Source: an uncultured Streptobacillus sp. (lineage in GTDB: Bacteria > Fusobacteriota > Fusobacteriia > Fusobacteriales > Leptotrichiaceae). From it: a stretch of DNA of 24,000 nt. The position numbers and the translations under genes are program-made. Positions 19,837 to 24,000 of this stretch are shown here, in pieces (the first letter of the stretch is position 1; each line of letters opens with the position of its first letter). The stretch covers positions 175,087 through 199,086 of the forward strand of contig CAUTJT010000002.1 in assembly GCA_963539215.1 (NCBI GenBank), written 5' to 3'. A model generated the notes under the pieces. The model ran no database searches and had not been told where the DNA came from. It was given only the letters and a program-made list of their open reading frames with translations.

Positions 19837-20937
19837 CTATAAACTAATATTTTCTTCAGTATTAATATCAAATATATGACATTTGCTCGTATCAAAGTGG
19901 AATCTTTCATTCCCCTTCTTGCTTCCATCACTTATTCCTTCAACATTTATTCTTGAAATAAATTGATTTCCACCTAACATAAAGTATATATATTCCTCAT
20001 TACCCATTTGCTCAACTACAGATACATCTCCTAACAATGCATCTCCATCTTCTTTTTCTGCTACAGTAATATTTTCTGGTCTTATACCAAATACTACTCT
20101 TTGTCCTATATGATCTTTAACTTTTTCCGCTTTTTCTTTTGCTATTTTTATCTTAACCCCATTTATATCTACATAAACCTCTCCTGCTTCTTCTAAAAGA
20201 TTTCCTTCTAATAAATTCATAGTAGGTGATCCTATAAATCCTGCAACAAATTTATTAGCTGGTTTATGATATAGATTTAAAGGAGTGTCAACTTGCATTA
20301 TTCTTCCAAGTTTTAAAACTGTTATTCTATCTCCCATAGTCATAGCTTCTACTTGATCGTGTGTTACATATATCATTGTATTTTTTAATTCTTTATGTAA
20401 TTGTGTTATTCTTACACGCATTGACACTCTTAATTTCGCATCTAAATTTGATAATGGCTCATCAAATAAAAATACCTTCGGTTCTCTTACTATAGCACGT
20501 CCTAATGCTACCCTTTGTCTTTGTCCTCCTGACATTTCTTTTGGTTTTCTATCTAAAAGTTCTGTTATTTCTAACTTTTCTGCTGCTTCTCTTACTCTCT
20601 TATCGATTTCATCTTTTGGAGTTTTCTTTAACTTTAATCCAAAAGCCATATTTTCATATACTGTCATATGTGGGTATAATGCATAACTTTGGAAAACCAT
20701 AGCTATTCCTCTATCTTTAGGAGGTATATCATTTACTAATGTATCTCCTATATATATTTCTCCTCCTGTTATATCTTCAAGCCCTGCTATCATTCTTAAT
20801 GTTGTAGATTTTGCACATCCTGATGGTCCTACAAATACCATAAATTCCCCATCTTTAATTTCTAAATCTATTCCATGTACTGCCTTGAATCCATTCGGAT
20901 ATTGTTTCTCTACACCCTTTAATACAACTTTTGCCAT
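19837..20937 (-). CDS. Sugar ABC transporter ATP-binding protein (MsmK/MalK/UgpC type), stand-alone gene
   Basis: Walker [10 protein letters not shown], signature MSGGQRQRV, Walker [13 protein letters not shown], plus a C-terminal MalK-like regulatory/TOBE region. RBS GGAGGAG lies 8 nt before the ATG. Confidence 0.92.
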   Translation of the reverse strand: MAKVVLKGVEKQYPNGFKAVHGIDLEIKDGEFMVFVGPSGCAKSTTLRMIAGLEDITGGEIYIGDTLVNDIPPKDRGIAMVFQSYALYPHMTVYENMAFGLKLKKTPKDEIDKRVREAAEKLEITELLDRKPKEMSGGQRQRVALGRAIVREPKVFLFDEPLSNLDAKLRVSMRVRITQLHKELKNTMIYVTHDQVEAMTMGDRITVLKLGRIMQVDTPLNLYHKPANKFVAGFIGSPTMNLLEGNLLEEAGEVYVDINGVKIKIAKEKAEKVKDHIGQRVVFGIRPENITVAEKEDGDALLGDVSVVEQMGNEEYIYFMLGGNQFISRINVEGISDGSKKGNERFHFDTSKCHIFDINTEENISL

Positions 20938-21126
20938 ATTTTTATCTCCTCCATGTATAAATCTCTCTTCATCTTATAATACAGTATAGCTTCATTTTTC
21001 ATAAAGTCTATTATTTTATATTTTTTACTAAAATTTATAAACATTGAAATATAAAATACCACCTCATACTGAAAATTAAAATTTTTTCACATTTTAAACT
21101 TTACATTCCAATTTAAACTATATTAT

Positions 21127-21156
21127 TTGATATTAGAAGTCAATTTATGGTATAAT
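21127..21156 (+). promoter_or_regulatory. Candidate alaS promoter with an extended -10
   Basis: TTGATA (21127-21132), an 18-nt spacer, then TGGTATAAT (21148-21156). It lies about 43 nt upstream of the alaS ATG. Confidence 0.5.
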
Positions 21157-21198
21157 CATACATATTAAAAAACAAAAAATATATATAAGGTGGTAAAA

Positions 21199-23796
21199 AT
21201 GACTGGAAATGAACTTAGAAAAAGTTTCGTTGATTTTTTTAAAACTAAAAAGCATAAACATTTTGAAAGTGCATCATTAATACCTGATGATAAAACACTT
21301 TTATTAACAGTAGCTGGTATGGTACCATTTAAACCTTTTTTCCTAGGAGAAAAAAAAGCACCATATAACAGAATAACTACATATCAAAAATGTATAAGAA
21401 CTAATGACTTAGAAAATGTTGGAGTAACTCCACGTCACCATACTTTCTTTGAAATGTTAGGAAATTTCTCTTTTGGTGACTATTTCAAAAAGGAAGCAAT
21501 AGCTTGGTCTTGGGAATATATTACTACAATATTAAAATTAGACCCTAAAAGACTTTATGTTTCTGTTTATTTAACGGATGATGAAGCATATAACATATGG
21601 GTTAATGAAATAGGAATACCTGAAGATCATATGGTTAGATTAGGCGATGATGATAACTGGTGGGCTGCTGGTCCAATTGGTTCTTGTGGTCCTTGTAGCG
21701 AAATATATTATGATACATTAAATATGGGTCCTAATAACGAAGAAATTAATTCAAAACCAGGAGATGAAGGTAATAGATTTTTAGAAATATGGAATTTAGT
21801 ATTTACTGAATGGAATAGATTAGAAGATGGATCTCTTATCCCACTTCCTGAAAAAAATATTGATACAGGTGCAGGACTTGAAAGAATAGCTTCTGTTGTA
21901 CAAAATAAAGATAATAACTTTGAAACAGATTTATTCACACCTATAACTAAAAAAATAAATGAAATATTAGAAATTAAATCTGAGAAAACAAAAACTGCTG
22001 TTAAAATAATAGCCGATCATCTTAGAGCAGCTACATTCTTAATTTGTGATGGAGTTCTTCCGTCTAATGAAGGACGTGGATACATACTTAAAAAACTAAT
22101 AAGACGTGCATACGGTGCAGGTGCTTTAGAAAATCAAAAAATATTTAATAATTCTGAAACTTATTTATACAAAATAGTTGATACAATAATAGATAATATG
22201 AAAGAAGCTTATCCTGAACTTGAAGAAAAAAGAGAATATATAAAAAATATAGTTAAAAATGAAGAAGATAAATTCTCTAAAACTTTAAAAATTGGAACTG
22301 ATATACTATTTGAGGCTATTGAAAATGGAAAGGATAAAAAGATTTCATCTGATTTATCATTTAAACTTTATGATACTTATGGATTCCCTTTTGAATTCAC
22401 AAAACTTATAGCAGAAAGTAAAGGATTTAGTGTTGATGAGGAGGAATTTAATAAAAAATTAGATGAACAAGTTAAAAGATCTCAAAACTCAAGAAATACT
22501 GTTTCTGATATGATAAAAGATGAATTTATTGGTAAATTCTATGAAGAACATGGAAAAACTCATTTTATTGGTTATGATACTTTAAAATCTTATTCTAAAT
22601 TATTACATATAAAGGAAAATGAAGATAATTTATTTGAAGCTATATTTGAAGAAACACCTTTCTATGCAGAAAGTGGAGGACAAGTTTCTGATAAAGGTAT
22701 AATAAAAAATAAAAATGGTTTTGTTGGAGAAATAGTTAATATAGTTAAAAAATCTGATATATTCATACACTATTTCAAATTAATTGAGGGTAATATTCCT
22801 ACAGTTAATAGTGAAGTAAAATTAATAGTTGATGAACAACATAGACTAGAAGTTATGAAAAATCATACTGCAACTCACCTACTTCATAAAGCTTTAAGAG
22901 AAGTTCTAGGCAAGACTGTAGAACAAGCTGGATCTTTAGTAAATGCTGAAGGTTTACGTTTTGATTTTTCATACTATAATCAAATAACAGAAGATGAATT
23001 AAAGAAAATAGAAAGCATGGTAAATGATGCAATACTTAAAAATCTACCTGTGTTTATAAATTATGAAAATATAAATGAAGCTAAAGAACGTGGTGCTATG
23101 GCATTATTTAGCGATAAATATGGTGATATAGTAAGAGTCGTTGATATTTCTGATTATTCAGTAGAATTATGTGGAGGTACACATGTTAGATCTACTGGTG
23201 AAATCGGATTATTTAAAATTTTATCTGAACAAGGAAAAGCAAGTGGAGTAAGAAGAATAGAAGCTATTACAGGACACAAGAGTCTAGAATATGTTAATAA
23301 CCTAGAAAACTTGATTAATAATATATCTTCTAGCTTCAAAACTAGTCCTTCTAATGTTGAAACTGCAGTTTCTAAAGCACGTGAAGAACTTAAAGAAAAA
23401 GATAATTTAATAAAAGAATTACAATCAAAAATAGCTAAACTTGAGGTTTCAGAATTAGTTAATGAAGCATATACTGTTAACGGAGTAAAAGTATTAATTA
23501 AGAAATTTAAAAATAAATCAATAGATGAACTTAAAGAACTAATAGATATGGCTAAAGTAAATCTAGAATCAGCAGTTATATTATTTGCTTCAAGTAATGA
23601 TAATGCAATATTTGTTTCAGGTGTTACAAAAGACTTGACTAATAAATTTAATGCAGGAAACATAGTAAAACTTGCTTCTAGTTTAACAGATGGTAAAGGT
23701 GGAGGAAGACCTGACTTTGCACAAGCTGGAGGAAAAGATGTATCAAAAATTGACATAGCAATTAATGAAGTTAAAAAATATATTGAGGAGCAATAA
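21199..23796 (+). CDS. alaS: Alanine--tRNA ligase
   Basis: Class II core FEMLGNFSFGDYFK, editing-domain zinc motifs HTATHLLH and CGGTHV, and a C-terminal DHHA1-like GGGRPDFAQAGG. The ATG at 21199 lies after AAGGTGG. The ORF-track GTG at 21190 lies inside that RBS. Confidence 0.97.
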   Translation: MTGNELRKSFVDFFKTKKHKHFESASLIPDDKTLLLTVAGMVPFKPFFLGEKKAPYNRITTYQKCIRTNDLENVGVTPRHHTFFEMLGNFSFGDYFKKEAIAWSWEYITTILKLDPKRLYVSVYLTDDEAYNIWVNEIGIPEDHMVRLGDDDNWWAAGPIGSCGPCSEIYYDTLNMGPNNEEINSKPGDEGNRFLEIWNLVFTEWNRLEDGSLIPLPEKNIDTGAGLERIASVVQNKDNNFETDLFTPITKKINEILEIKSEKTKTAVKIIADHLRAATFLICDGVLPSNEGRGYILKKLIRRAYGAGALENQKIFNNSETYLYKIVDTIIDNMKEAYPELEEKREYIKNIVKNEEDKFSKTLKIGTDILFEAIENGKDKKISSDLSFKLYDTYGFPFEFTKLIAESKGFSVDEEEFNKKLDEQVKRSQNSRNTVSDMIKDEFIGKFYEEHGKTHFIGYDTLKSYSKLLHIKENEDNLFEAIFEETPFYAESGGQVSDKGIIKNKNGFVGEIVNIVKKSDIFIHYFKLIEGNIPTVNSEVKLIVDEQHRLEVMKNHTATHLLHKALREVLGKTVEQAGSLVNAEGLRFDFSYYNQITEDELKKIESMVNDAILKNLPVFINYENINEAKERGAMALFSDKYGDIVRVVDISDYSVELCGGTHVRSTGEIGLFKILSEQGKASGVRRIEAITGHKSLEYVNNLENLINNISSSFKTSPSNVETAVSKAREELKEKDNLIKELQSKIAKLEVSELVNEAYTVNGVKVLIKKFKNKSIDELKELIDMAKVNLESAVILFASSNDNAIFVSGVTKDLTNKFNAGNIVKLASSLTDGKGGGRPDFAQAGGKDVSKIDIAINEVKKYIEEQ

Positions 23797-23799
23797 TAA

Positions 23800-24000
23800 A
23801 TGAATATTTATTTAGGACTTGATATAGGTGATGTTAGAATAGGTGTCGCAAAATCTGATTCAATTGGTATGTTTGCATCAGCATACGAGGTTATAAACAG
23901 AAACCAAACTGACCCATTTGTAAGAATAAAAAAAATTATAAATGAAGAAAAAATAGCTGCTTTAGTTGTGGGACAACCTAAAACTAAAGATGGTCAAAAT
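23800..24000 (+). CDS. ruvX: YqgF/RuvX putative pre-16S rRNA nuclease (Holliday-junction-resolvase-like), 5' partial at the window edge
   Basis: The ATG at 23800 lies 4 nt after the alaS stop. Translation MNIYLGLDIGDVRIGVAKSD... matches the YqgF N-terminal signature. The alaS-ruvX order is a common arrangement. Confidence 0.8.
   Translation, partial: MNIYLGLDIGDVRIGVAKSDSIGMFASAYEVINRNQTDPFVRIKKIINEEKIAALVVGQPKTKDGQN

Noticed and set aside
20938-21198. Possible T-box or other leader upstream of alaS
   Set aside because: I found no T-box consensus (…GGTGGTACCGCG-like), no specifier or antiterminator architecture and no terminator hairpin. The predicted promoter leaves only about 35-40 nt of 5' UTR.
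23154-23756. 200-aa ORF antisense to alaS
   Set aside because: It lies entirely inside a confidently identified, motif-rich alaS reading frame. Its translation is low-complexity (S/L/F/P-rich), typical of a shadow frame, and it has no RBS. It is a chance antisense ORF.

Overview
This is a very AT-rich bacterial chromosomal segment. The low GC content, the Firmicute-style sugar genes and a signal-peptide beta-barrel outer-membrane protein ending in ...NVEYVW suggest a diderm low-GC lineage such as Fusobacteriota. That assignment is inference only. Nearly the whole window is ordinary carbohydrate catabolism plus housekeeping genes. (1) A minus-strand operon at 4353->74 encodes a LacI regulator, malQ (GH77) and a cytoplasmic type I pullulanase (GH13). 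(2) A well-promoted 752-aa outer-membrane beta-barrel gene lies at 7009->4751. (3) A small accessory patch spans 7165-8534. It holds a chimeric ORF in which an RHH-like plus WYL-like regulator is fused in frame to a diverged second copy of the last ~96 codons of the neighbouring OMP gene, and that copy keeps its own terminator. About 490 bp of ORF-free, extremely AT-rich DNA lies beyond the ORF's start. (4) A tightly packed eight-gene minus-strand operon at 18650->8535 encodes GH2 beta-galactosidase EbgA/EbgC, a sugar ABC binding protein, two permeases, a GH65 alpha-glucoside phosphorylase, an EamA/DMT transporter and beta-phosphoglucomutase. A divergent LacI-family regulator sits upstream, and a perfect 20-bp palindrome lies in the shared control region. 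(5) A stand-alone MsmK/MalK-type ABC ATPase follows. (6) alaS and the start of ruvX/yqgF close the window. I found no CRISPR array, tRNA/rRNA, transposase or integrase, and no recognisable defence or toxin system. The most unusual items are the OMP-gene relic fused to an orphan WYL-like regulator, the unexplained non-coding stretches on either side of the OMP locus, and the unusual enzyme combination in the eight-gene operon. All domain calls rest on motif recognition by eye. No database search was possible.
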